From Anaerohalosphaeraceae bacterium (lineage in GTDB: Bacteria; Planctomycetota; Phycisphaerae; Sedimentisphaerales; Anaerohalosphaeraceae): a stretch of 64,000 bases of DNA. The notes under the pieces are model-generated. The model was not told the DNA's origin, ran no database searches, and saw only the letters and a list, made by a program, of their open reading frames with translations. Positions 38,120-48,600 of the stretch are shown in pieces. The position numbers and the translations under genes were made by a program. Each line of letters begins with the position of its first letter. Position 1 is the first letter of the stretch. The stretch covers positions 416,001 to 480,000 of the forward strand of contig CAXXSL010000016.1 in assembly GCA_963675525.2 (NCBI GenBank), given 5' to 3'.

Positions 38120-39502
38120 TTATTCATACAATACCATCAGCGTCTGCGTATTCCGAGCTTCCTTGACAACCGTCACAACAGCCGAAGCACTGGCATTACC
38201 GCTACGGCTTTTAATCGTTATCTTGAAGAAGGTACTGGTTGTTGTAATATAATTTTTCAATTGATTAAACGTCTCTGTATCCAGCCGGCCCAACTCCTTA
38301 ATTTCATCCACTTTAACAAAGGGCTTTTCCTGACGCCGCAAAATCACCTGATGGGCCAGTTCCACCGGTTCGGTTGCAAACACAAATGCCGCCTCCAAAA
38401 CATGCCGGGGGGCGGTGTTGATATTAATCCGCTGAGAGCCCCATAAGCCCAGATATTTCAATGCGTTTTCAGCACGCCGACCGGTGCCGGAAACCGGCCG
38501 GGCCAGTTGCTCCGAGTCCAACAGAGAGCTATGGAACAGCTTGGCGAAGTCGGTCGTGTGGGCCACGGCTGGTCGCTTTTGAGCCGCAGCTTGGGTTTTA
38601 TTAGCGGCCTGATTTTTAATATTTCTGTTGGAGGCACGAAAACGGCTGGCCGCAGATCCCCGCCTGGGAGGCGCAGCCTTGCTAATTAAAATCGGCCCAG
38701 GATTTAGTGTAAACAGTTTCCTTTTAGAGATATCTTCGCACTGAGCCTGAAGTTCCTTCATTTCATTCTCAGTCATTTGCATCCATTCACCAAAAGTCTC
38801 CAATGCATACTGCACCGACTTGTCATCCTTTTTATATGTCGCAACCAGCCAGCTCAAAGGCAACTTGGCGTTTTCATCTTCAATCGTAATGGTTACATCG
38901 CAGGGTCCGATCTGAATGTTGATCGGATCGATCACAAAGGGCCACGGCGGTCCGTACGGGCCGGGAATTTCGACGTCATTGGGGTCCAGGTTCACGACAT
39001 AATAATCCATATCTTCATCATAATCTATCTCATCATTAATCGTCGTTGCCTCAGGCGGTGTCTCTTCGCCTCCGAATAATGACGCCAATTTACTCATCAG
39101 GCCGGCGGTATCGACCGGCTCAGACCCGTAAAGGCTGGCACCGGCTTTCAGGACACTTTCAATTTGCTCATCTGTCGCCTCGGCAGCCCATGTATTGATT
39201 AACTGGGCATATTCCTGTTCATTCATCCAGAAAAGGTCTGAAAAATCCGGCTTATCGGTACGATCTTCGAATAGAAAACTCCGTTTATAAAAATCCGTAA
39301 GCATATACTTGATGCCCGAATCCACCCCATATCGCGCCCGCTGATATTCGATCATATATTGCTGGCGGCGTTTGGCCATCGTCAGGCGTGTGGCCAGCCC
39401 GGCTGTCAGGGTGGCCAGCACCACCAAAACGATCAGTGTCACCAGCAAGGCAAAGCCCGCTACGTGTCCGAATTCCACAACTTGTTTTGTTTGTCTTCTC
39501 AT
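38120..39502 (-). CDS. gspK: T2SS minor pseudopilin GspK
   Basis: G|FALLVTL, ITIEDENAKL, ININTAPRHVL HhH motif, TTSTFFKITI. Confidence 0.85.
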   Translation of the reverse strand: MRRQTKQVVEFGHVAGFALLVTLIVLVVLATLTAGLATRLTMAKRRQQYMIEYQRARYGVDSGIKYMLTDFYKRSFLFEDRTDKPDFSDLFWMNEQEYAQLINTWAAEATDEQIESVLKAGASLYGSEPVDTAGLMSKLASLFGGEETPPEATTINDEIDYDEDMDYYVVNLDPNDVEIPGPYGPPWPFVIDPINIQIGPCDVTITIEDENAKLPLSWLVATYKKDDKSVQYALETFGEWMQMTENEMKELQAQCEDISKRKLFTLNPGPILISKAAPPRRGSAASRFRASNRNIKNQAANKTQAAAQKRPAVAHTTDFAKLFHSSLLDSEQLARPVSGTGRRAENALKYLGLWGSQRININTAPRHVLEAAFVFATEPVELAHQVILRRQEKPFVKVDEIKELGRLDTETFNQLKNYITTTSTFFKITIKSRSGNASASAVVTVVKEARNTQTLMVLYE

Positions 39503-39541
39503 TCTATGATTACTTACATTGAAGCGATTAAATTCATCGGC

Positions 39542-40333
39542 CTATTCTTCGACCTCCGGTTCTTCGTCCGGTTCTTCGTCAACCAGACTGTTCGGATCGT
39601 CGGGGTCTTCATCCAGCACGCTCATATCGATATCCATTTTAACAAACTGGTATGGAATCAGCCGGGTCCGGTCGATCGCAATTGTCCGATAGCTGATGGC
39701 TTCGTCGGGAACACCGACCTTGCCGTCCGGCAATTCTTCCAGCGGGTCAAATGAGATCCCAACGCGAACCGCCTCGGGTAATTTATCGGATGTCCAGGAG
39801 GACAGAATCGTCTCGCCCTTTTGGACCCGAAACTCAAAAAACGTCACACCTGAAGCAACCGGAATGTAAAGGCCGGCACTGGGTGAATCGTCCGGATTAT
39901 CCTCAAGCACTTTGTCCTCGACGTTCAACCCATCGTGCATTCGATAGAGAATCAGGGCATCGTCCTGCGCATCATACGACGTCTGCCAGATAATTGTTTC
40001 ATAGGTCTGCTTTTTATCCCCGTTGCCGTAATAGCTGTTCTCCAGCACCAGTTGGCCGGAGTAATAGCCCGTGTCCAGTTTATTGCGGAATTTGACCGTC
40101 GCTTCGAACCCGGGGGCCGCCAGGCGGTCGATATCTTCGGCGATTTTCTGCAATATCTCATTCTGCATCTGGTACCGTGTCATGTGACCCACAATCGTCA
40201 CAGCGCTGGCCCGAACACGCTGATAGATCATCATCACCGCCGTCACGACCATGGCCGCCATCGTGACGACGACCAGCATTTCGACCAACGTAAAAGCAAA
40301 ACGAGATTTCATCGTTTTCTTCTTCATCATCAT
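39542..40333 (-). CDS. T2SS minor pseudopilin, GspJ-like
   Basis: A|FTLVEML, LPEAVRVGI; ATGA overlap with the upstream gene. Confidence 0.75.
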   Translation of the reverse strand: MMMKKKTMKSRFAFTLVEMLVVVTMAAMVVTAVMMIYQRVRASAVTIVGHMTRYQMQNEILQKIAEDIDRLAAPGFEATVKFRNKLDTGYYSGQLVLENSYYGNGDKKQTYETIIWQTSYDAQDDALILYRMHDGLNVEDKVLEDNPDDSPSAGLYIPVASGVTFFEFRVQKGETILSSWTSDKLPEAVRVGISFDPLEELPDGKVGVPDEAISYRTIAIDRTRLIPYQFVKMDIDMSVLDEDPDDPNSLVDEEPDEEPEVEE

Positions 40334-41211
40334 TGCGACGGCGGTTCGGTACCAGTCAGTTTTTTGATCAGCGGCCATAGTTCTTTCGGAATATTACCCC
40401 AATCCCACTGAGTATCAGGCGACTCTTCCACTGGTTTTGTCTCCGGGTTTTCGGTCTCTGGATTCTCGATGTCGGGGTTTTCAGCAGTCGAAGGGGTATA
40501 GGTTGAGGCAAAATTATTATATTCATCAAAATCGATCCCAAGCTCTTCGAGAAATTCGTTTTCTTCATCCTGAAGCTGTTCAGCAAATTTTTCGTAGCCG
40601 TCAAATCCTTTTCTATCGAGATATTCCAGCTTCTGCCGGCGCTGTTGTTCGATAAAATCTTTATATACCTCGACATCGAGACCTGCCTGCTCAAGATAAG
40701 CGATCGTCGTCTCCTGGATATCCGTCAGGCCACCGTCCTGGATCAACTCCAGATATTCGGATTCGACCTGCTGCTGGGCCAGAATTTGCCTGACTTGGGC
40801 GGCAGTCAGGTTGGTGATCCAGTGTTCCAGCTCGATAGTCTGATCCTGACCCTTGCTGTCGATAAACGATGCCGAGCAAACCGCCCGTATCCACATGCTG
40901 TTTTTAATCGGCTCATAGAACGGCTCGACCACCGTCTTCCAGCGAATATCCGGATTTATTTCACTGATATCGGTCTCTTCCATATCCAATAACTTCGACT
41001 CCGACAGCAGCGTTTCCATATTCGTCCGCGCCAGATCGAAAGCCTCTTGACGAAGGCGCATATCGATCACCGCGTCCACAAAATTGTTCATCAGCACCAG
41101 CACCGATGAAATCATGATCGCCAGCAATGCCACGGCCGCAACCACTTCCACGAGCGTAAAGGCACGTGTGGACGTTTTATCTGTCAACAGGTTGTGTTTA
41201 AAATGGTACAT
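40330..41211 (-). CDS. T2SS minor pseudopilin, GspI-like, with long acidic C-terminal extension
   Basis: A|FTLVEVVAAVALLAI; start reassigned to MYHFK. Confidence 0.75.
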   Translation of the reverse strand: MYHFKHNLLTDKTSTRAFTLVEVVAAVALLAIMISSVLVLMNNFVDAVIDMRLRQEAFDLARTNMETLLSESKLLDMEETDISEINPDIRWKTVVEPFYEPIKNSMWIRAVCSASFIDSKGQDQTIELEHWITNLTAAQVRQILAQQQVESEYLELIQDGGLTDIQETTIAYLEQAGLDVEVYKDFIEQQRRQKLEYLDRKGFDGYEKFAEQLQDEENEFLEELGIDFDEYNNFASTYTPSTAENPDIENPETENPETKPVEESPDTQWDWGNIPKELWPLIKKLTGTEPPSQ

Positions 41212-41770
41212 TTTCTTTATATTGCGGCAGATAAATCTCCGCCTCGCCCTCGAACAATTCGGGCGGGCGGGCAAAACGATGGATCACGATGGTCCACGGC
41301 CGCCCGTCCGCATCGAGCAAGCCGACTTTGCCGCCGTATTGCCAGCCGGACCTGCCCGCCAGGAAACGGGCCTCGGTGACATTTTCCGCCGCCCGTGTAT
41401 CCTCCAGGTCGTCATACTGCACATAGTCAAGGGTCAAGGCGTCGCTGAAATATTTTGTTTGAATGATCGCGTCTTCGTCGGCCATTGTCTGCAGGTCCAA
41501 TGACTTGAACTCACGAAGAACGAATGCCTGTTCCGAAAAATCCAAAATTACCGCATAGCGGCGGTCCGTCGTCCCCGCGGCATCCTGGGCCAACTGAAAT
41601 ACATTCACCAGTTCTTCGGCCTGACTCTTGAATTTCAGATTGCCCCACATGGCACTGAAGCTGATCACGGCCACAGCCGTCATCAGGCCGATCAACCCGA
41701 CGACCATCAGCATTTCGACCAGAACAAAACCTTTTGGCAGACGAATCCGATACATCGTTTTGTCTTTCAT
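41198..41770 (-). CDS. T2SS minor pseudopilin, GspH-like
   Basis: KG|FVLVEMLMVVGLIGL; follows gspG. Confidence 0.75.
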   Translation of the reverse strand: MKDKTMYRIRLPKGFVLVEMLMVVGLIGLMTAVAVISFSAMWGNLKFKSQAEELVNVFQLAQDAAGTTDRRYAVILDFSEQAFVLREFKSLDLQTMADEDAIIQTKYFSDALTLDYVQYDDLEDTRAAENVTEARFLAGRSGWQYGGKVGLLDADGRPWTIVIHRFARPPELFEGEAEIYLPQYKENVPF

Positions 41771-41781
41771 GAAATACCGGA

Positions 41782-42219
41782 CTAATCCGTGTCCGTACTC
41801 CAAAGATCAAAGTCGTTGCCTTCACCGCCCTCTTTGCCGTCAGCCCCATAGCTGATGATCACAAAAGGTTTGCCGCTTTCCGGGCTGAGCATATAAACGA
41901 ATTCATTTTTCCACGCGTCGCGCGGGATATCCGTACTTTCCAGATAGCCTTCCGAGTTCCACCCTTCCACATCCGTCGGCTCTTCGACCAGTTCGATCAG
42001 ACCCATCTCTTCGCTGGGATAGCGGCCCGTATCCAGCTTGAACATATTTACCGCTCCGTGAAGCGTCTTTAAAGTAGCTTTGGTTGTGATTACCTTGGCT
42101 TTTTCAGTTTGCCCCATAAAGCTCTTGGCCGCCAACCCTGCCAGCAGTGCAACGATCAGCAAGACCGCCATTAATTCAACCAGCGTAAAACCAAACGCTT
42201 GTCTTCGTTGTTTATTCAT
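41782..42219 (-). CDS. gspG: T2SS major pseudopilin
   Basis: G|FTLVELM, FKLDTGRYPS, GLIELV, PRDAWKNEF, SYGADGKEGGEG. Confidence 0.95.
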   Translation of the reverse strand: MNKQRRQAFGFTLVELMAVLLIVALLAGLAAKSFMGQTEKAKVITTKATLKTLHGAVNMFKLDTGRYPSEEMGLIELVEEPTDVEGWNSEGYLESTDIPRDAWKNEFVYMLSPESGKPFVIISYGADGKEGGEGNDFDLWSTDTD

Positions 42220-42255
42220 CCTATTTTCCTTTCCATGATCATCGACCAGAATCGT

Positions 42256-43470
42256 TTAAAATTGGGTTGTTGAATATTGAAACAACGGCATAAATGTTGC
42301 GAAAACAATAATGCCGACAATTAACGCCATAAAAATAATGATCACCGGCTCGACGATTGCGCTGAGCCGTTCGATCACCAGGTCAGATGACGCTTCGAGA
42401 TTATCGCTGATCATTTTCAGCATCTGCTCCAATTCGCCGCTCTTTTCACCCACCGTGATCATGTGGGCGATCGATGGGTCGATCACATTGCTTTCCCGCA
42501 ATGGCGTGGCGATATCCGAACCGGACAATATGCGTTCCCGGGCTTTCTTGACGGCCTCGGCCATAACGACATTGCCGGTTACCTGTGACACCACACGCAG
42601 CGATTCGGCCATCGAAAGACCCGACCCCATCAACGTTGCCAGGGTTGAGGTAAACCGCTGCAGGATGCGCTGCTTGATCAGCGGCCCAAAACCGGGCAGA
42701 TTTAAAATCATCCTGTCCCGGACCATTGCTCCCTTTTGCGTTCGCACAAGCAGCCTGTACAGAACGATCAACGCAACAATTGCCGCAATGATCACCAGGA
42801 CCCACCAGCTTGTCAGCAATCCGGATAATTTCATCAGTGTCGTCGTCAGCCAGGGCAGTTTCTGGCCGGTCTTAACAAGCTGTTCGGTGATCTTCGGAAT
42901 CACCCAGACCATCAACACGATCACGACAGCCAGACACACAAACACCAGTAATGCCGGATAGATCATCACCGTGGTCATTTTCGCTTCCAGCCGCTGGCGT
43001 TTTTCCATGAACGAGGCCATGGTGGCCAGTGTCTGACCCAGGGTGCCGGTCACCTCGCCGACGCGCATCATACTGATATAGATCAGGTCAAAGAACTGAT
43101 CGTACTCGGCCAGCGAGTCGGCGATCGATTCGCCGGTCACGACCTTATCGCGGACTTCGGTGATCGCCGCCCGCAGCTGCGGATCGCCGATCTGCCGGGT
43201 CAGGACGCTCAGTGCATCGGTCAGTTTAATGCCGGCATTGAGCATGGTCGAAAGTTCTTTGGTGAAATTGGCCACGGCTTTCCGATTGCCTCGGCGAAGA
43301 AACTGCCCCATCGACTTGCGGGCCGTTTCCATGCGGACCTGCCGGATCTCCGTCGCGTGCAAACCCCGCCCGCGAAGATGCTTCCGTGCGGAAAACGCAT
43401 TTTCCGCGGCGACGGTTCCCTTTTCCGTCTTGTGTGCCGAATTGATCGCAATATACTCAAATCGAGGCAT
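42256..43470 (-). CDS. gspF: T2SS inner membrane platform protein
   Basis: MPRFEY, ELSTMLNAGI, VGEVTG, MIYP, VGEKSGELEQML, IVEP. Confidence 0.95.
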   Translation of the reverse strand: MPRFEYIAINSAHKTEKGTVAAENAFSARKHLRGRGLHATEIRQVRMETARKSMGQFLRRGNRKAVANFTKELSTMLNAGIKLTDALSVLTRQIGDPQLRAAITEVRDKVVTGESIADSLAEYDQFFDLIYISMMRVGEVTGTLGQTLATMASFMEKRQRLEAKMTTVMIYPALLVFVCLAVVIVLMVWVIPKITEQLVKTGQKLPWLTTTLMKLSGLLTSWWVLVIIAAIVALIVLYRLLVRTQKGAMVRDRMILNLPGFGPLIKQRILQRFTSTLATLMGSGLSMAESLRVVSQVTGNVVMAEAVKKARERILSGSDIATPLRESNVIDPSIAHMITVGEKSGELEQMLKMISDNLEASSDLVIERLSAIVEPVIIIFMALIVGIIVFATFMPLFQYSTTQF

Positions 43471-43474
43471 AATG

Positions 43475-43852
43475 TCATTGACGATTGACGGTTGACGATG
43501 GACGATTTTTTCGGGCGGTCTTGCGTGCGCTGATAAAAATCGCCGTCAACTCATCGGCTTCCTGAATTAAAGATTCAATTTTACTTTTAGCCAACAGCTT
43601 TTCTTCGATAATGATTTCGAGCCAGAACAGTGTTTCATCCACTTCTTCGACGACGATACTTAATTTTGATATAAACCCCGCTTTAGACTGAGCCAGGCAG
43701 GCGGCACGATAATTTGCCGCAACCGAAGTCGAAGACCGGATGATCTGCCTTCCGATATGCCTTCCCAGCAACGTATCCGGCAGAGCATAACTCATTTTTA
43801 TACATCGTAAAGCAAACTGTTTAGTCCGCTTCTTCAGCTCTTTGTTATTCAC
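43475..43852 (-). CDS. Four helix bundle protein (23S rRNA IVS protein / bAvd-like family)
   Basis: LKKRTKQFALRCI, QIIRSSTSVAANYRAA, SKAGFISKLSIVVEEVDETLFWLE, EADELTAIF; AAGGAG RBS, GTG start. Confidence 0.93.
   Translation of the reverse strand: MNNKELKKRTKQFALRCIKMSYALPDTLLGRHIGRQIIRSSTSVAANYRAACLAQSKAGFISKLSIVVEEVDETLFWLEIIIEEKLLAKSKIESLIQEADELTAIFISARKTARKNRPSSTVNRQ
43477..43507. repeat. Heptamer array (ATTGACG)x4, overlapping the 3' end of the four-helix gene
   Basis: ATTGACG ATTGACG GTTGACG ATGGACG ATT. Confidence 0.9.
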
Positions 43853-43863
43853 TTTTTAGTCTC

Positions 43864-43898
43864 CTTCGTCATTCGTCAATCGTCCATCGACAATTAAC
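43864..43898. repeat. Inverted heptamer array (AATCGTC)x4-5 upstream of the four-helix gene
   Basis: CTTCGTC ATTCGTC AATCGTC CATCGAC AATTAAC. Confidence 0.9.
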
Positions 43899-43904
43899 AA
43901 CTCT

Positions 43905-45599
43905 CTACACATTATCCGACTGTGTAACGCGCAGCACTTCCGCGATCGTCGTGGTCCCCTCCTGAGCCTTTCGAGCACCGTCCATACGCAGTGTCTGCAT
44001 GCCGTATTCCAGGGCCTTCTTCTTGATCACCCCGGCGCTCTGGCGGTTGTACACCATATCGCGGATGTCATCATTGATGACCATCATTTCGTAGATGCCG
44101 GTTCGTCCGCGATAGCCCGTATCAAAACATTTGGAACAGCCGGAACCAACATAAAATGTTGTCTTCTTGTCATCCATCACTCCCAGGTCGCGCAGTTCAT
44201 GGGCCGGCGGTTCGTACGCCTGCTTGCAATCGGGACAAATTCGACGGACCAGACGCTGAGCCAGCACACAGATCAACGACGAGCTGACCAGATACGGTTC
44301 GACACCGAAATCCAATAACCGGCTGACCGCTCCGGCCGCGTCATTGGTATGCAGCGTGCTGAATACCAAATGCCCCGTCAGCGACGACTGGATCGCCATC
44401 GCCGCGGTCTCATTATCACGCACCTCACCGACCATGATGACATCCGGGTCCTGACGCAGAATATGACGCAGGGCATTGACAAAGTTCATGCCCTTTTTCG
44501 GAGCCACCTGCATCTGGCTGATGCCTTCCAGCTGATATTCGATGGGGTCTTCGACCGTCATGATATTTTTCACCGTCGAGTCGATCCGGTTCAGGCACGC
44601 ATACAGCGTGGTACTTTTACCGGAACCGGTCGGCCCGGTCACAAAGATCACGCCGTGCGAACGATTGATCATTTTGTCGAATTGCTGCCGGTCCTCTTCC
44701 ATGAAACCCAACTGTTCCAGCGTCAGGATGCCCGAGCTTTTATCCAGGATACGCAGCACCGCCCGCTCGCCGTAGCTGGTGGGTACCGTGCTGACACGCA
44801 GGTCGATCTCCCGCTGGCCGATGCGCACGCTGCAGCGGCCGTCCTGCGGCATGCGGCGTTCGGCGATGTCCATCCCCGCCATGACCTTGATACGGGAAAT
44901 GACCAGGCTCAGCACATTGCGGTTCAGCGTCAGAGTATCGTATAAAATGCCGTCGATGCGATAGCGCACGACGATCTTGGTCTCGAACGGATGAATATGA
45001 ATATCACTGGTTCGCATCTGCAGCGCCCGGAACAGGATGTCGTTCACCAGGCGAATAACCGGCGGACGGTTGACCACATCGAGCAGGTCCTCGGAACCGG
45101 CCATCTCGTCGGCCAGTTGATCGATGTTCTGCGAATCCAGTTCTTCGGCCACTTCTTCAATAACCGTATCCTTCTGTCCGTAGGCCACGTCAATGGCCGC
45201 CGTCACCGCCGCCCGGGTACTCAGGCCCGTTTCGACCGGTTTATGCAGCATCTTGGAAACATTGTCCACCAGCGCCGCGTTCAGCGGGTTAGAGGTCACG
45301 ACGATAATGCTGTCGTCGTCACCGCTGACGCCGATAACCGAATGGTGCTGGGCATAGGGAGCCGGGATGCACTCGATAAAATGCTTGGGAACATGTTTGA
45401 CATCAATCTCCTCGAAATACGGCATGCCGAACGCTTCGGCAAAAAGACGCAGTACCGTCTCCTCGGTAAAGTTGGGCGCCGTCAGCATGATCTGGTCCAC
45501 ACGCCGGTTGTCTTGGGCGTTTTCATTCAAAAAGTCCCGCAGCGAATCCGGGTCAACCACCCCGCTACGCTCGGCCGCTTGTATCAGTAAGTCTATCAT
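43905..45599 (-). CDS. gspE: T2SS ATPase
   Basis: SDIHIHP, RYRIDG, DIAERRMPQDGR, GPTGSGKSTT, TVEDPIE, LRQDPDVIMVGEVRD, tetracysteine motif. Confidence 0.97.
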   Translation of the reverse strand: MIDLLIQAAERSGVVDPDSLRDFLNENAQDNRRVDQIMLTAPNFTEETVLRLFAEAFGMPYFEEIDVKHVPKHFIECIPAPYAQHHSVIGVSGDDDSIIVVTSNPLNAALVDNVSKMLHKPVETGLSTRAAVTAAIDVAYGQKDTVIEEVAEELDSQNIDQLADEMAGSEDLLDVVNRPPVIRLVNDILFRALQMRTSDIHIHPFETKIVVRYRIDGILYDTLTLNRNVLSLVISRIKVMAGMDIAERRMPQDGRCSVRIGQREIDLRVSTVPTSYGERAVLRILDKSSGILTLEQLGFMEEDRQQFDKMINRSHGVIFVTGPTGSGKSTTLYACLNRIDSTVKNIMTVEDPIEYQLEGISQMQVAPKKGMNFVNALRHILRQDPDVIMVGEVRDNETAAMAIQSSLTGHLVFSTLHTNDAAGAVSRLLDFGVEPYLVSSSLICVLAQRLVRRICPDCKQAYEPPAHELRDLGVMDDKKTTFYVGSGCSKCFDTGYRGRTGIYEMMVINDDIRDMVYNRQSAGVIKKKALEYGMQTLRMDGARKAQEGTTTIAEVLRVTQSDNV

Positions 45600-45601
45600 G
45601 G

Positions 45602-48600
45602 TTATTGTATCTCGATTTCAACCGTTGTTTTTTCTTTATCTATCTCTTCAAGTTTCTTTTTAATCTTCTCGAGATATTCATCATCTTCAAGCATTTTTTC
45701 TGGAGATATCGGATTAGGTTTAATGCCCGGCACTCCGTCTACTTCTTGAAATTTCTTTTCCGCAGATTCAAAAACCCCTCTTCGTCTTAATGATATTTTT
45801 TCAATATCCGATTCTCCGGTTAGTTCATCTTCCGGACGAAGAATATTAGCCTTCACGAACACATATAGTTTGCTTTGTACATCAGATTCGTCAATACCCC
45901 TGAATAAAGCACCAAGGAGTGGAATATCCCCCAACAAAGGAATTTTTGTTACGCTTTTTGTCTGGTTAATCGTCTCAATTCCACCAAGAATAATTGTTGC
46001 TCCATTCGGAATTATGGCACTGGTTGCTACATTGCTACTTATCGTATTGAGCGGTTTGGGAACTGTTTTGGTGCCAATTGTCGCTTTTCCTGTATCTGTA
46101 GGATCAAAATCTGTCCTATCCAGTAAAATGTCCAATTTTAATAAATCCTCTGATGCAATATGTGGGGTAATTGTCAGTGTTATACCAGATGTATAATCTG
46201 CAAAAGTAATATCAGTTGAAGTTGAGGTTGAAGTATCTGTCGTCGGTGTAATAACTGTTTTTTCTTGCCCAACAAATATTGTTTTTTCAGATTTAATCTC
46301 CCCCTCCTGATTATCTTTCACCAGTAGGGAGGGACGAGCCAAAACACGCCCGTAACCTTTCCTATCCATGAGCTTCAAGAGAGCTTGGACATCTTTGTCC
46401 GCATAAAAAGCCACCCCTGAACCATTAGTGATACCATATTCAGTAATTCTCGTTGAAGGGAATGGCTCTAAGAGACCGCTAACACCAGCTGTGTCGGATT
46501 TTGTTAATACAGACATCGCACCACCGGGAGTCATCTCCGGAATTTTTCCAACAATATCCAAATCCATCGTAAATTCATTATCTTTTGTAATTTCAACCAA
46601 GGTACAGTCGAGCAAGACTTGAGGATGGTATTTGTCCAATTCTTTGATCAATTCACTGATCCACTGCTGGTTTCGCTTGTTGGCATAGACAATCAGGGAA
46701 TAGGACATCACATCCGGAATGACACGGATCTTCTGTTCTTCCATGATCGAGGCGACTCCCCCGCCCCCGGTCGCGGCTCCGGCAGTTTGAATTTTTGCGT
46801 CCGGCGCCGATTTTTTGCCAACTTCCTCGACGGTCTCCTGGATCAGTTTGCTCAGCACTTCGGCCAGTTCCAATGGGTCCTGATTTTCCAGGGCATAGAC
46901 CACATACGGCGTGGTCGTGGTTTCCGGCACGCGGTCGGCGTGTGCGATCAGCAAGGCAATGGCATTGTGCTGACGCGGCGTGGCATAGACCAGCAGCGAA
47001 TTGGTCGCTTCCAGCACGGCGATCTGCGGCTGCTGTTCGGTAACATCGCCGCCCTCGCCGCTTTCTTCGCCGCCAAATCCTCCCAGCAATCCCGGCGTCG
47101 CGGCAACCGCTTCCGGGGTCGCCTGCTGCTGCGTTGACCGCCCCGAGCGGCGGGTCGCCTGTGACGAGGTGTCGCGCGACGATGAACTGCCCGAAACGTT
47201 CTGCGGTGAGATCAGTCCCAGGTCGGTCATGGTGTCGATGATCTCCTGTGTGTCCACATACTGGATCTCGTATTCGCGAATCGTTCGCTGGTCCTTCTGG
47301 ATCACGTCCACATGGGCAATGACCAGTTCGATGGCACCATGCTGTTCCTCTGTCCCGTTGACCAGCAATGAATTGGTAGCCGGACGGATCGAAATATTCG
47401 GCTGATCCGCACCGCCGCTTACGGTCGAGGCATTTGGTGCCGCCGGCGCAGCCGGCTGCGGAGGCTGGGCTCCTCGTGCTGCGGCCGTTCGCCGAGCCAC
47501 GGCGGTCTGGGCCGCTGAAGTACCCTTACTCCCGCCAGTTGACACATTGAGATCGGTAAGACCCAGTTCATTCAAAACATTCACTACTTCGATAGCTTCG
47601 ACATATTGAATGATATATTCCTTGACATATTTCAGATCAAACTGCCGCACGTCCAGCGTGTCGATCAGTTGATTAATGATATCGATCTGTTCGGCTGTGC
47701 CGATCATCAGAATACGATTGGTCCGTTCATCCGTATCGACAAAAACGGCATCTTTTTTTGCTGCTGCCGCCGCCGGTTGTGCGGTGTTAACCGGCACCTG
47801 CTTGGTGACCGTTCGCCCTGTTCGGGGATCGCGCGTCGTTACCGGCCGGGTCTTCGGTGCAGCAGTCGCCGGAGTCGGAGTCCCAACCTGCATAGAGACC
47901 CCTTCCATCTGGGCCACCAGTTCTTTGAGCTTTGCAACCAAATCCGCCGCCTGCATATATTGGAGTTGACGAAATTTGAATTCTTTCGCATCACCGGGAA
48001 CATCCACCATCTCCAACACCTGTCGAATCTGATCCATACGATAGGCATAATCCGTAACGATCAAGGTGTTCGTCGATTCCACCACATCAAAGTCGGTGCC
48101 CAGATTCAGCCCCTTTAATAAATTCTGGGCCGTTGTCGGATCAATACTGTTTAGCTGAAAGACGCTGCTGACAATAATGTCACCCGGCTGTACCGGATCG
48201 TCCGGATTCACCAGTGTCGTATCGATCTTGGCGATATCTGCGGCTCGCATGATCGTCACCAGATCGCCGCGGCGAGTCATGATGAAACCGCGAAACCGAA
48301 GAACCGATTCCAGCAGGGCATACAGATCTTTAACTTTGATTTGGCCCTTATGGATCTTTAAGGTTACCTTCTGATTCTTCAGGATCGCCGGGTCGTACAT
48401 ATAATTCAAACCCAGTTGTTTGCCCACCAGGTCCACCAGCCAGTCCAGTTCAACCTCCTGCGGCACATCGATAATGGTTTCAAGCATTTCATCACCAATA
48501 TGGCCAATGGCCTTTTCAAACTCCGTCCTGCCATCGGTGACAATCTTCGCCTCGGTTTGGGGCTCTTCTTCCGGCTCAACCTTTTGCGGTTCGGTCGGTG

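Noticed and set aside
43475..43852. 23S rRNA intervening sequence
   Set aside because: The flanks are gspE and gspF; there is no rRNA sequence nearby.
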